Shown in pieces: positions 50,540 to 59,732 of a stretch of 64,000 nt of DNA. Below the pieces are notes generated by a model that did no database searches, was not told the origin of the DNA, and saw only the letters and a list, made by a program, of their open reading frames with translations. Numbering within the stretch: the first letter of the stretch is position 1; each line of letters begins with the position of its first letter. Made by a program: the position numbers and the translations under genes. The stretch is taken from IMG/VR virus record IMGVR_UViG_3300031867_000038, positions 1 to 64,000 of that record, one strand, 5' to 3'. The DNA comes from a virus (taxonomy: Duplodnaviria; Caudoviricetes).

Positions 50540-51727
50540 TTAACGAATATATTGAGAAGCCGCGTATCCAGTTAGTCCATTTCCAGTAATTGCATACCAA
50601 GTTGAACCATCGGCAGCTTCAACTACTCTATTTAAAGTAACTGATGTGCCATATCGTAATTGACCAATCACATCATAATTCATACCTGGGCCTGATCTTA
50701 CATTTAAAACACTTGCGGCAACCTTATGTGTATCAGTTGTCGGTGCGGCAGGTGCTGGATTAAGATCCGCATTAGTATTTTCAGCATATTTACCGTAACC
50801 TAAATTAGTTGCAGTATGTTGTGCATCATTAAGAATAATATCTCCAGGAAGTAAATAACTTGGACCTGTTAGATATTTAGATGCAGTTAATACTTCAAAG
50901 CCTGCTGCGCGAAAGCCAGCTCTCATATTGCCAGTATATGTAGCATTAATGTTTTGTAAAACTGGGATTCCTAATAAATAACCCACAGCTTTGACATTCG
51001 CAATGACGCCTGCGGAGCAATCTGCTTCACAAGGGACTGTGATATTTTTAGGCCAATATCCAACTGAACGGAGTTGATTCCAATAGGTTTGATTCTCTGA
51101 TTGGTCATAACCAACATTATCATTTTTTGCAGCTTGAATACCTAATTCAGCTATATACTCACGAACTTGTCTATTAGGATGACGTAAAATGCATTGCCAT
51201 CCTTGATTATACCAATTGATAATCCACCATTCTTTTCCAGATTGATCTCCTGCGCGGCCGCCCCTGATGCCGCCATGTTCATCCTTACCACAGTTAGAAA
51301 TTTTACCATTATAGTTATTAAAATCTGTGGTGATCTTTGCGGCAGTAATTGGTGTGGCCGCAGACGAGGCAGGCGCCGCCGCATCGTTATAAGTAGTTGA
51401 TCCATTCGTTGATGGAGTAATTATTGTTTGATTCTGTTTCTTTTGAGATCCTAAACGATTTACAAGGCTTTGAATAGCATTATAATCGAAACCAGCATTA
51501 GTAATTCTATTTCGACGGTCTACACCTGTTCCCCACTTATTATCTAGAACCTCTTGTGCTATTTCTTCATTGGTTGCTTGAGCTGGACCGACTCCAAATT
51601 CTTTATTAATTAAACTTTGAATTTCAATCCAACTATATCCAGCAGCTTGTAATTTTTCTTTGCGTGCGTCACCGTTACCCCATCTGCCTTGTAAAACTTC
51701 TTGTACAATTTGATTGGGATTTGCCAT
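50540..51727 (-). CDS. Endolysin: two Cpl-7 (CW_7)-like repeats + Cys/His peptidase-like domain + SH3b
   Basis: IVQEVLQGRWGNGDARKEKL and IAQEVLDNKWGTGVDRRNRI; ADCSA..PGDIILN..HTA; LNVRSGPG..Y..IGQL..GYAAS. Confidence 0.85.
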   Translation of the reverse strand: MANPNQIVQEVLQGRWGNGDARKEKLQAAGYSWIEIQSLINKEFGVGPAQATNEEIAQEVLDNKWGTGVDRRNRITNAGFDYNAIQSLVNRLGSQKKQNQTIITPSTNGSTTYNDAAAPASSAATPITAAKITTDFNNYNGKISNCGKDEHGGIRGGRAGDQSGKEWWIINWYNQGWQCILRHPNRQVREYIAELGIQAAKNDNVGYDQSENQTYWNQLRSVGYWPKNITVPCEADCSAGVIANVKAVGYLLGIPVLQNINATYTGNMRAGFRAAGFEVLTASKYLTGPSYLLPGDIILNDAQHTATNLGYGKYAENTNADLNPAPAAPTTDTHKVAASVLNVRSGPGMNYDVIGQLRYGTSVTLNRVVEAADGSTWYAITGNGLTGYAASQYIR

Positions 51728-51729
51728 GA

Positions 51730-52080
51730 TTACACTACCTTATCTCCAAAATTAATAAATTCTTGAATATTAGTATTGCTTTCCATTAAATGTCTTAAAG
51801 TTACAAGAGCTTCATCTACTAATTCGCAGAATTTTTCAAATTTTAATACAGCTGCAACTTGAGGGAATTTAGCTACAAACATATCATAAACTTTAGCGAG
51901 TTTAAGTTTGCCAGTGCCTGCTCCCATTTCTTGTTCTGCTTCAGCAGTAGCATATAAAAGCCAATTTTTAACAATGGCTAATTTGGCATCGGTAGGAGCT
52001 TTAATAAACTTATTAATAAAATATCCTATAACAATACCAATAGCTAAAATGCAAATTCCATAAAAAATGTAATCGTTCAT
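51730..52080 (-). CDS. Holin (LL-H-like)
   Basis: N-terminal TM helix then AEAEQEMGAGTGKLKL..VY; adjacent to endolysin. Confidence 0.7.
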   Translation of the reverse strand: MNDYIFYGICILAIGIVIGYFINKFIKAPTDAKLAIVKNWLLYATAEAEQEMGAGTGKLKLAKVYDMFVAKFPQVAAVLKFEKFCELVDEALVTLRHLMESNTNIQEFINFGDKVV

Positions 52081-52094
52081 AGTGTTTCTCCTTT

Positions 52095-52538
52095 TTATCC
52101 TACGGCATTTTCGTCATAGTAACAATTAAAATTATTTGCGGCGGCCGCCTCATATGTAATACCGCCTGATGTGTTTTCTTTTGTAGATTTAGCGTAATAA
52201 GCTGCAAGAGCAATTACTTCTCCTACAACAGTTCCAATTAGGGTAACAAGTGGTGTAAAGTCTGGCATAATTCCCATTACAAGAGCTAGATGTAAACTTT
52301 GTACTGTAACCCAAGCTGTAAAAATCTCAATAAAAGTACAAGAAATAAAAAGAAAGATAAGAGCTTTTTTACTCATCGTAAGTGAGTTAGCTGTTGATTT
52401 TGTTAGCTCATTATATTCTTCACGTATCTTTCTTTGCCTTTTGAGATTTTCTTTTTCAATTTCCCATTTTTCTTCATCCTTGGCAACCTGTTTAGCTTTG
52501 TCAAGGTATTCATATTTCTCTTTTCTAAGGAATAGCAT
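52095..52538 (-). CDS. Two-TM membrane protein in lysis cassette
   Basis: Hydrophobic ALIFLFISCTFIEIF and LVTLIGTVVGEVIALAAYY segments. Confidence 0.55.
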   Translation of the reverse strand: MLFLRKEKYEYLDKAKQVAKDEEKWEIEKENLKRQRKIREEYNELTKSTANSLTMSKKALIFLFISCTFIEIFTAWVTVQSLHLALVMGIMPDFTPLVTLIGTVVGEVIALAAYYAKSTKENTSGGITYEAAAANNFNCYYDENAVG

Positions 52539-52551
52539 TAATTATCCCTCT

Positions 52552-53805
52552 TTATAATTTTTGTGCGATAGTTGCGATTTTACTCCTATATATATTTGGG
52601 AGAGTAATTTCTCCATAAATATCTTCTCCACGAAATACTTGAGATACTCTTCGTAGACCATTATTATTCCCTGCATATAAGCTTGCATCAACTTGAGCTT
52701 CGCTATCACCATCTAGCACACATACGCAATCTTCACCAATTCTTTGTAATGCTAAACGCATTAATTCTACATCCATATTTTGTGCTTCTGTAATATAAAC
52801 TCCAGCTCTCATACCAGTAGTATCAAATCCTCTAAGATCTGCTAATGGCAATAATAATAAAGAACCATCTTCTATTAAACGTTCTACTTCTAATTTATCT
52901 CCAAGTTTACTGGCTAAAAAATTACCAATTTGAGAATCTAATAATTTATCATCTTTAGATCCAGGATAAAATCCTAATTTAGCAGCTCCGTTGGCAGCAA
53001 CTGTATTACAAAAAATAACTATTTTATCTATATTATTGTATTCTAATTGATGAAATAAATAAGCCATAGATAAATATGACTTACCACTACCAGCTGGCCC
53101 GCGCAGTAATGTAATTTTATTTTTTAAAAGAGAATCCATAGCAATTAATTGATAACTATCTTTTGGTTTAATTTTACCAAACTGTTTGCTATCTAATGTA
53201 TAAAAAGTTGGTATTCTTGTATAAATTACTCCATCATATTTATAATAATCAATAACTTCGCCTTGAGAATCTTTTAATAATAAATATTGGTTAGGAAGTA
53301 AATCAAATATATTTTCTTCAGTCGGAGTGTAAATTTGATTATAAATTTTTTCTAACTCAATATTAGAATTAGCTTGAATTTCTACCCAACCTTTATATGG
53401 GATTGTGTCTTCAGGAGAGTATCCAACATTTAAACCCATAGCTGCTGCAATTCTGTTACAACAATAATCTTTGGTAATAAAAAGAATTGGAATATTTTTT
53501 TGTTGTAATTTAAAAGCAGATAAAATAATACGACTATCATTATTATCTGATAATACACTATGTAATTTTAAATCTAAATCCCAAGCATTATCATAAATTA
53601 TTAGTTCATACTTATCTTCATATTTTGATAATAATTCAATTAACTTTCTAGCTTTATATTGTACTAAAGGATCTTTAGAATTAGATGTTTTTATATGTTC
53701 TAATTCTTTTAATGTAATAGCACTAATATAAAATTTTTCAGTTTTATTAAAAATTGCCTGACCTTGATCTAAAAGAGCGCAAGTATCATAAAAAAGATAT
53801 TGCAT
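52552..53805 (-). CDS. phoH: PIN-PhoH family protein
   Basis: N-terminal PIN (FYDTCALL, ELEHIK, DSRII, TKD) + GPAGSGKS, RGFD, ITEAQN, RIGE, DGD..Q.D. Confidence 0.88.
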   Translation of the reverse strand: MQYLFYDTCALLDQGQAIFNKTEKFYISAITLKELEHIKTSNSKDPLVQYKARKLIELLSKYEDKYELIIYDNAWDLDLKLHSVLSDNNDSRIILSAFKLQQKNIPILFITKDYCCNRIAAAMGLNVGYSPEDTIPYKGWVEIQANSNIELEKIYNQIYTPTEENIFDLLPNQYLLLKDSQGEVIDYYKYDGVIYTRIPTFYTLDSKQFGKIKPKDSYQLIAMDSLLKNKITLLRGPAGSGKSYLSMAYLFHQLEYNNIDKIVIFCNTVAANGAAKLGFYPGSKDDKLLDSQIGNFLASKLGDKLEVERLIEDGSLLLLPLADLRGFDTTGMRAGVYITEAQNMDVELMRLALQRIGEDCVCVLDGDSEAQVDASLYAGNNNGLRRVSQVFRGEDIYGEITLPNIYRSKIATIAQKL

Positions 53806-53833
53806 ATAGTTTGTCTCCTTTAACTAAATAAAA

Positions 53834-53855
53834 ATGCGGCTATTAAAAGCCGCAT
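53834..53855. terminator. Hairpin, possible terminator or attenuator
   Basis: ATGCGGCT/AGCCGCAT stem upstream of phoH, U-rich downstream on the - strand. Confidence 0.45.
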
Positions 53856-53901
53856 ATCTATACAGTTTCTTCAAATAAAGATGAAAAATAGTTAATATAT
53901 T

Positions 53902-54408
53902 TTATTTGTTTTTGGCCTTAAAATAATTATCTGTGTTTTCTATCTTTGTTTTAATATTTTCATTAAATTTATTAATAGCTCTATTTAGTGATTCAATATT
54001 AAAAGCTAATTCACAAATCTTATCATAAATTTCATTAGATGTACGAGTATTTTTTGGAGAGGTATAATAAATATGTTCTAATGTTTTTTTCGCATATTGA
54101 TCAAGTCTTTTGCGATATTTAAAATATTCAATAAAGGCTCGCATATGGGCAAGAGTCTGTCCTGTAAGAGGAGTATATGCTTTCTTTTCCATATCATCTG
54201 GATGAACCCGTGCAGTTCCTGTAAAAATACCTTCGGGAGTTTGAATACTTACAATACTTAAACCAGTATTTTTAGAAAAATCGCTATAAACAATAGGAAA
54301 TCTACGTTTAGTTTCATCTTCAATTTTAAAATGCATAACATCAATCCTTACTTGTTTTAATATCATTAATAATTTGTTCCAAAGAAACAGGATAATTATT
54401 ATGCGCAT
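53902..54408 (-). CDS. Hypothetical protein
   Basis: GTARVHPDD..G..LA..RA motif common in Firmicute phage proteins; true start probably near 54336. Confidence 0.5.
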   Translation of the reverse strand: MRIIIILFLWNKLLMILKQVRIDVMHFKIEDETKRRFPIVYSDFSKNTGLSIVSIQTPEGIFTGTARVHPDDMEKKAYTPLTGQTLAHMRAFIEYFKYRKRLDQYAKKTLEHIYYTSPKNTRTSNEIYDKICELAFNIESLNRAINKFNENIKTKIENTDNYFKAKNK

Positions 54409-54865
54409 CTAATGCAACATTATAAATACAATCTTCCTTATTAATAATATCGGGCTTATGAGTATGTCCTGATAGATTCCAAACAGGATGCCGTTCATGA
54501 TAATTACCCATTTTCATAGGATAATGAGTAGCCCAAAAACTAATTCCTTGTTCTTTAAAACGATATCCCATTTGAATATCTTTAAAAATTTTTGCGTCTT
54601 TATATAGTTCAATGCGGGCGTCAGTGTCATGATTACCATAGGCTAGATACTTATTGCCTTTAAGCTGCCGCAAACATGTAAGACCAAATTTATCATTTCG
54701 AAGCATACAATCACCAAGAATATAAACAGTGTCATCATAATCAATCATAGAATTATAATTTTGAATAGTTTTATGAGCAGCTTCTATCCAACTACCAAAG
54801 CCACGAGGAGCCCATATAAATTCTTTTTCGTGGCCAAAATGAAAATCTGAGGTAAACCAAATCAT
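54341..54865 (-). CDS. Calcineurin-like metallophosphoesterase
   Basis: SDFHFGH, LGD, GNHD, HYP, GHTH. Confidence 0.9.
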   Translation of the reverse strand: MIWFTSDFHFGHEKEFIWAPRGFGSWIEAAHKTIQNYNSMIDYDDTVYILGDCMLRNDKFGLTCLRQLKGNKYLAYGNHDTDARIELYKDAKIFKDIQMGYRFKEQGISFWATHYPMKMGNYHERHPVWNLSGHTHKPDIINKEDCIYNVALDAHNNYPVSLEQIINDIKTSKD

Positions 54866-54868
54866 TTT

Positions 54869-55360
54869 TTACACCTCTACATTCTTATCATTAGATACGT
54901 GTAATATTCCAATATACTTATACGTATCAAGATCAGGGTCTTGAAATTGATGATACATACGACGCATAACAGTGACGGGAACTCGCGCGCGGCCTTCTCT
55001 ATTATTATTTCTTTCAATTGCAGTAGCTAAATCGCAGGTAACTACAACAGGAATAATATTGTAATTATTTGAAAAAATCCGCCGTATTTTATTTCGGCTA
55101 GCTTCATTAAGATGAGTAGCATCTGCGATCACATTAATTACTTCATCCTCTTCAAAAGCAGCTTTAATAGTATTTACGAACTGATTAAACACTTCTTTTT
55201 CTTTTGAAAAATACTCTTCATTTGCGGGGACCAGACTAAATCGCACTTCATCTCTAGATACATACCGCCATTCAGGCCCCCGCATTAATTTGTTTTTAGC
55301 GTACCAAGTTTTCCCGCTACCAGGAATACCAACCATTATCCAGAGAGTTTTATCATGCAT
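54869..55360 (-). CDS. Polynucleotide kinase-like (AAA_33) protein
   Basis: MVGIPGSGKT, SRDEVR, ADATHL...R, RNNNR..R.VP. Confidence 0.85.
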   Translation of the reverse strand: MHDKTLWIMVGIPGSGKTWYAKNKLMRGPEWRYVSRDEVRFSLVPANEEYFSKEKEVFNQFVNTIKAAFEEDEVINVIADATHLNEASRNKIRRIFSNNYNIIPVVVTCDLATAIERNNNREGRARVPVTVMRRMYHQFQDPDLDTYKYIGILHVSNDKNVEV

Positions 55361-55655
55361 CTTTTATCAGCCCCTTTTGTTTTACAGTAGCAATAAAATG
55401 TTTCCATGAAGGATCTATTCTCTGACCTTCTTCGTCAAAATTTCCATATTTAAATTCAATTTGAAAATCTTCATAGGTGTATCGACCAAATGGTCTGACT
55501 TCTACCATATTTCGTTGAATCCTGCATCTAGGGCAGTATAGTTTTTTTAAATGACCAGGCTCTCTTGTATGTTTAGCTGAACGTACAACAGGGAGTCCAA
55601 GAGCACCACAATGGGTACAATAAAAATCACTAATATATTGCAAACTGTTAGCCAT
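55353..55655 (-). CDS. Zn-ribbon protein resembling ribosomal protein bL33
   Basis: YCTHC..N18..HLKKLYCPRC...MVEVR. Confidence 0.45.
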   Translation of the reverse strand: MANSLQYISDFYCTHCGALGLPVVRSAKHTREPGHLKKLYCPRCRIQRNMVEVRPFGRYTYEDFQIEFKYGNFDEEGQRIDPSWKHFIATVKQKGLIKDA

Positions 55656-55965
55656 TAATTTCCCTCCATCCATTATGTTGAATAATAGCTCTCATATTCT
55701 GAATACCAACAGGGTTCATAGAATGAATATGAAAGAAATAACCTGTATCAACAATACCCTGACGCTCAAGCCACTTTAAAATTTCAATATAATCGCCGCC
55801 ATCTTTAGTATAATTACCAGCATCATGATCGAGATCAATCATAATCGTATCATCATGCATATTACTTTCATAAGTACGAATTGCTGATTTAGCTCCATTA
55901 ACAGTCCGACACCAAAGCCAACTCGTATCGGGCGGCCGCCGCATATCATCAATCCACAGTTTCAT
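55648..55965 (-). CDS. Cyclic-phosphate-processing receiver domain protein
   Basis: KLWIDDMRRPP, IDLDHDAG, HIHSMNPVG pattern. Confidence 0.75.
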   Translation of the reverse strand: MKLWIDDMRRPPDTSWLWCRTVNGAKSAIRTYESNMHDDTIMIDLDHDAGNYTKDGGDYIEILKWLERQGIVDTGYFFHIHSMNPVGIQNMRAIIQHNGWREING

Positions 55966-55993
55966 AATAATTCCCCCTTTATTTTATATATAT

Positions 55994-56022
55994 ATTATAT
56001 CATATTTTTTATAAAAAAGCAA
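55994..56022 (-). promoter_or_regulatory. sigmaA-type promoter, -35 inside a 15-bp inverted repeat
   Basis: TTGCTT-N17-TATAAT; repeat 56014-56047. Confidence 0.75.
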
Positions 56023-56055
56023 GAGTATCAATATACTCTTGCTTTTTATTATTAA

Positions 56056-57309
56056 TTACTTATCTAATAGAGTAATTCCATCAATATCTAGATCAAAGTA
56101 TGGTGCTGATCTAAATTCAGATTCATGAAAATATCCATCAAAAATTACATTAGTATCAGGGGTGAAATTAGGATCAGAATCTACATCTGCCATATATTCA
56201 GTTAGATGCTCTCCATTGACTGTAAAATTATTAACATCAAAAACATGGATAGTATTTGATTCAAGATATTTTCTTGCTTCAATAAGAGCTTCCGCAGTCC
56301 CTTCCGCAGCAACCTTATCATTAATCTCTGTCATTGTAACAGATCCAAGAGTCATATTACCTGTCCAGTCTACATCAATAGGAGTTCCTGTCTGAACAGA
56401 GCTAATAATATATTTGAAATAAGGCGCCCAATCAATGCGAGTAGACACTATAAAAGTATTAGGTGCGGCTGAAATTGTACTACCGTTATAAGATACATTA
56501 GGGATACCTGCGGCTTCACATGCGGATGGCGCCCCCATAGAGTCTGCGTGCTGGCTAATAAGTTTACAGCCATTTTCAATTAGACGATTCGCGCCTTCTT
56601 TTTCCAGAGCTTCATCATACCAAGAATTAGTAAATACAACATCCATAGTTACGTCAGGACAAATATATCTAGCACCAAGGAAGAAGGCAGTATAACCAGA
56701 TTTCACTTCAGCATAAGGATAAGCTCCAATATAACCTATCTTAGCTTCTTCTGGAGTAAACTCTCCATTAGCCATCATTTCATTTAACTTCATACCAGCG
56801 GCGACTCCCGCCATAAACCTACCTTCATAGATAGAAGCAAAAGCATTATGGAAATTTGGAAGTCCGAGAGTATGAGCCTGTGTGCCAGTAGCATGACAGA
56901 ACTGTACATCTGGGGCGGCCTGCGCAGCCTGGATAAGATAATCTTCATGTCCAAAGGAATCAGCAAAGACAATATTGCATCCTTCATCTACAAGATCCAT
57001 AGCTGCTTCATAGCACTCGCCGCCTTCAGGAATACCAACTTTATTAAGATAAGGGACTCCCATTTCTTCGCAAGCTTCTTTTGCAGCCTTCATAAAGTTA
57101 AGATCATATGTAGACTGTTCATCATGGAGATAAATAAAACCTACTTTAACAGGAACAAGGCCATCTGGAATAATCTCTGCTTCTGCGGGCGCAGGTTCAT
57201 TTGATACTTCGGGGCTAGGCTCTGCAGGTACCGCAGGTGTCTGAGTGCAAGCGCAAAGAGTAAACATCATCATACAAATAAGAATAACTGAAAGAATACG
57301 CTTTTTCAT
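56056..57309 (-). CDS. BMP/PnrA-family substrate-binding lipoprotein
   Basis: Lipobox LCAC; KVGFIY, DSFG, HATG, YEGRFMAGVAAG, KIGYIG, SWYD..E, QHAD; AAGGAG RBS before ATG 57309. Confidence 0.9.
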   Translation of the reverse strand: MKKRILSVILICMMMFTLCACTQTPAVPAEPSPEVSNEPAPAEAEIIPDGLVPVKVGFIYLHDEQSTYDLNFMKAAKEACEEMGVPYLNKVGIPEGGECYEAAMDLVDEGCNIVFADSFGHEDYLIQAAQAAPDVQFCHATGTQAHTLGLPNFHNAFASIYEGRFMAGVAAGMKLNEMMANGEFTPEEAKIGYIGAYPYAEVKSGYTAFFLGARYICPDVTMDVVFTNSWYDEALEKEGANRLIENGCKLISQHADSMGAPSACEAAGIPNVSYNGSTISAAPNTFIVSTRIDWAPYFKYIISSVQTGTPIDVDWTGNMTLGSVTMTEINDKVAAEGTAEALIEARKYLESNTIHVFDVNNFTVNGEHLTEYMADVDSDPNFTPDTNVIFDGYFHESEFRSAPYFDLDIDGITLLDK

Positions 57310-57372
57310 AAAAACTCCTTTGATTTTCAAAGTATTATACTATTTATATATGAGAAATACCCATATATAAAT

Positions 57373-57401
57373 AGTATATCAAAAAATTTTTAAAAGTGCA
57401 A
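57373..57401 (-). promoter_or_regulatory. sigmaA-type promoter
   Basis: TTGCAC-N17-TATACT with TG extension. Confidence 0.7.
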
Positions 57402-57407
57402 ATTTAA

Positions 57408-57608
57408 TTAAATTTCTTGGATAGAAAATTTAGTAGTATAATGAGTGTCACAATATGGACAATGGCCTTGGCCATAGTATAATTCAATAGGCGCCCCACA
57501 TTTAGGGCAAGTCATAGGGTGGATTTCAACTACTCCACATTGAAGTTTATAAATCTTATCACCCAATTGGATAGAATCAATATATCCTGCGAAATCTGTT
57601 TCTTTCAT
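57408..57608 (-). CDS. Small Zn-ribbon protein
   Basis: CPKC...CPYC. Confidence 0.5.
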   Translation of the reverse strand: MKETDFAGYIDSIQLGDKIYKLQCGVVEIHPMTCPKCGAPIELYYGQGHCPYCDTHYTTKFSIQEI

Positions 57609-57643
57609 ATAATAAATTTAAGTTTTGTCCAACTCTTTTCTTG

Positions 57644-58900
57644 TTATGAATGGAAACGTAAAAGGAAACTATTACTTACTGCCTTAAAAGATTTAGTTCC
57701 GTCAATGCTTCTCAGTACAAACCCCTCCCGCGGCAGCCCATCAATTTTAGATTCACCTTCGGCAAGGAAGAGAAGCTTATCCAGTCGAGATTCTCCCTTC
57801 ATGATATCAAGCATATTAAAAGTGAAGTTCGGCTCAAGGATTGGAACACAAGGAACGTTAAATCCATTCTCTAGCAGATTCTTCATTGCATGGCTATTCC
57901 ATCTACCCTTATCAGAAGTAATAAGATTAAATGCAGCAAAGTCATGTCCAGCAAGTCCATAGTCTCTTTTCTGGACGCCCGCACCATAAGTTTCTCCCTG
58001 GATAGTGACCCAATTAGCATTAGGCATCCGTTCAAGAAGTTCATTCAACACCTTGTACATATCATACTTCTGCGCCATTTCCCAATAAATATTAGTATCA
58101 TAGTAACAAGGCTTATCTACACTATCAAAGCACACGTTACGAGAACAAACATAAAATTCATTCTTGCGGCGGCCACGCTTCATGGTGAAAGTAGTAGAAC
58201 TACCATCAATTTTTTCAGTGATAATCCATTCCCCTTCATCTTCCAGAATCCAAGGCATGTTCTGAACTCTTTCTTCATCGGTCTTTACAACCCACTCTGG
58301 CCAGCTATTCTTTTTGTCTTTCTTCTTACCAAAGAATACAAACATCAACTTTCGGCCCCATGCGCGCTTCATCAGCCAACGCACCCAAGACTTCTTAAAG
58401 ATGTTAGGATGACGCTGTGCCATTTTCTTATACTTATCTACAGAAGGAGCCTTGCGCTGGTTATCTTCCACGTCCGCATAAGTTACACCAAGTTCTTTAG
58501 TAAGGAAACGAGATTCTCTATCTGCCCAGTGAATTACACCTTTATCATCAGCGATACCAACTTCATGTTCATTGGTGTTATGATTATTATTTTCCCAAAT
58601 TTCCCAACCAAAATCTTCTGCGTGCATAAGAAGACCTTGACTTATAACCTTGCACATACGAAGTGTTTTTACCTTATAGTTCCGCTTCTCAAGAAATGCA
58701 AAACATTCTTTATCAGACGGAACTTTGGAGTCAATCTCAAAATAGATCGCGGGATCACCAACGTTAAACTGGCCTTTTTGAACAATTACCCACCAACCAC
58801 CGACACGGGCATGCTCAACACGATCATAATTAGGAATAGGACGAATTTCATCAATCGTTACAACATAAGCAAGCTCCCGAGACCCCTCTTTATTCAACAT
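57644..58900 (-). CDS. ATP-dependent RNA ligase (Rnl2/DRB0094-like)
   Basis: N-terminal OB-like region; KTDEER, TEKIDGSS (motif I), IQGE, FAAF, REGFV, FKAVS. Confidence 0.85.
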   Translation of the reverse strand: MLNKEGSRELAYVVTIDEIRPIPNYDRVEHARVGGWWVIVQKGQFNVGDPAIYFEIDSKVPSDKECFAFLEKRNYKVKTLRMCKVISQGLLMHAEDFGWEIWENNNHNTNEHEVGIADDKGVIHWADRESRFLTKELGVTYADVEDNQRKAPSVDKYKKMAQRHPNIFKKSWVRWLMKRAWGRKLMFVFFGKKKDKKNSWPEWVVKTDEERVQNMPWILEDEGEWIITEKIDGSSTTFTMKRGRRKNEFYVCSRNVCFDSVDKPCYYDTNIYWEMAQKYDMYKVLNELLERMPNANWVTIQGETYGAGVQKRDYGLAGHDFAAFNLITSDKGRWNSHAMKNLLENGFNVPCVPILEPNFTFNMLDIMKGESRLDKLLFLAEGESKIDGLPREGFVLRSIDGTKSFKAVSNSFLLRFHS

Positions 58901-58961
58901 ATCTTATTCCTTCTTTATTATATAATTACTATTATTTAATAAATCTTTTAAACATAAATCA

Positions 58962-59126
58962 TTATAATATGTCTTTATCTATATAACGCTCAAAAAGTAT
59001 CCATAGACTGTTATATTTTCCTGAACCACCAGTCATACAAATAATTTCCCAATCAGGGTGTTCCGCTAGAAATGAATTTACATCACTTTCATAATAAAAC
59101 TGTTTACAGAGACGTTCTTTTTCCAT
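58962..59126 (-). CDS. Small hypothetical protein (54 aa, not in ORF track)
   Basis: AAGGAG RBS + ATG GAA AAA, open to TAA at 58962. Confidence 0.45.
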   Translation of the reverse strand: MEKERLCKQFYYESDVNSFLAEHPDWEIICMTGGSGKYNSLWILFERYIDKDIL

Positions 59127-59141
59127 TTTTATTCTCCTTTT

Positions 59142-59417
59142 TTATAATTTGTTCGTTACATCAAACAATACACAAATACGATCACAGACTTCATCTTTTT
59201 CTTTTTCTGTAATCTTACGCCATTTCCATGCCCAATCAATATAATCAGCAATAGAAGAAAGAGAGCGTTCACAATATTTATAATTCTCATGCTGCTTCAG
59301 TGCTTTATCAATTTTTTGATAAACAGTCATACAAGCTCCTTTAATCAATGCATGAAAGTACATAATTATGAGGCATATAAGATTCTTTATCAGGGAAGAG
59401 AGATTTATATTCATCAA
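59142..59417 (-). CDS. Hypothetical protein
   Basis: True start probably MTVYQK near 59330. Confidence 0.45.
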   Translation of the reverse strand: MMNINLSSLIKNLICLIIMYFHALIKGACMTVYQKIDKALKQHENYKYCERSLSSIADYIDWAWKWRKITEKEKDEVCDRICVLFDVTNKL

Positions 59418-59661
59418 TCATCTTCATCAACTCTTCATGAGGATAAGGAGTCACAGGTGGCACCATGAAATATTTACTAGGATCTGCGTGCCAAATCATA
59501 AGACCAAAGAAATAAGTAGAGTTATCAGGGTCCCATCCATCAATCGCAAAAGCATAATCAGATTCCTGAAACTGATTGAATTTTTCTTCTGAAAGTTCAC
59601 GATATTCTTTGCGCTGAACAATGAAACCATAACCCAATCTGGAACTATAATGAACAGACAT
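59341..59661 (-). CDS. Hypothetical protein
   Basis: 106 aa, GGAG RBS. Confidence 0.55.
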   Translation of the reverse strand: MSVHYSSRLGYGFIVQRKEYRELSEEKFNQFQESDYAFAIDGWDPDNSTYFFGLMIWHADPSKYFMVPPVTPYPHEELMKMIDEYKSLFPDKESYMPHNYVLSCID

Positions 59662-59694
59662 TAATCAATCTCCCCTCCCTTATTTTCTATATAT

Positions 59695-59723
59695 ATTATA
59701 ACAAAAAATTTCTTATTTTTCAA
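59695..59723 (-). promoter_or_regulatory. sigmaA-type promoter
   Basis: TTGAAA-N17-TATAAT with TG extension. Confidence 0.7.
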
Positions 59724-59732
59724 TAAGAGATA

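Noticed and set aside
57627-57634. GGACAAAA as another copy of the candidate late-promoter motif
   Set aside because: No AT box at the 34-nt offset; that position is already inside the downstream ORF
57890-58939. 349-aa + strand ORF
   Set aside because: Antisense shadow of the RNA ligase gene; no RBS or motifs, and the higher GC of that gene lowers stop frequency
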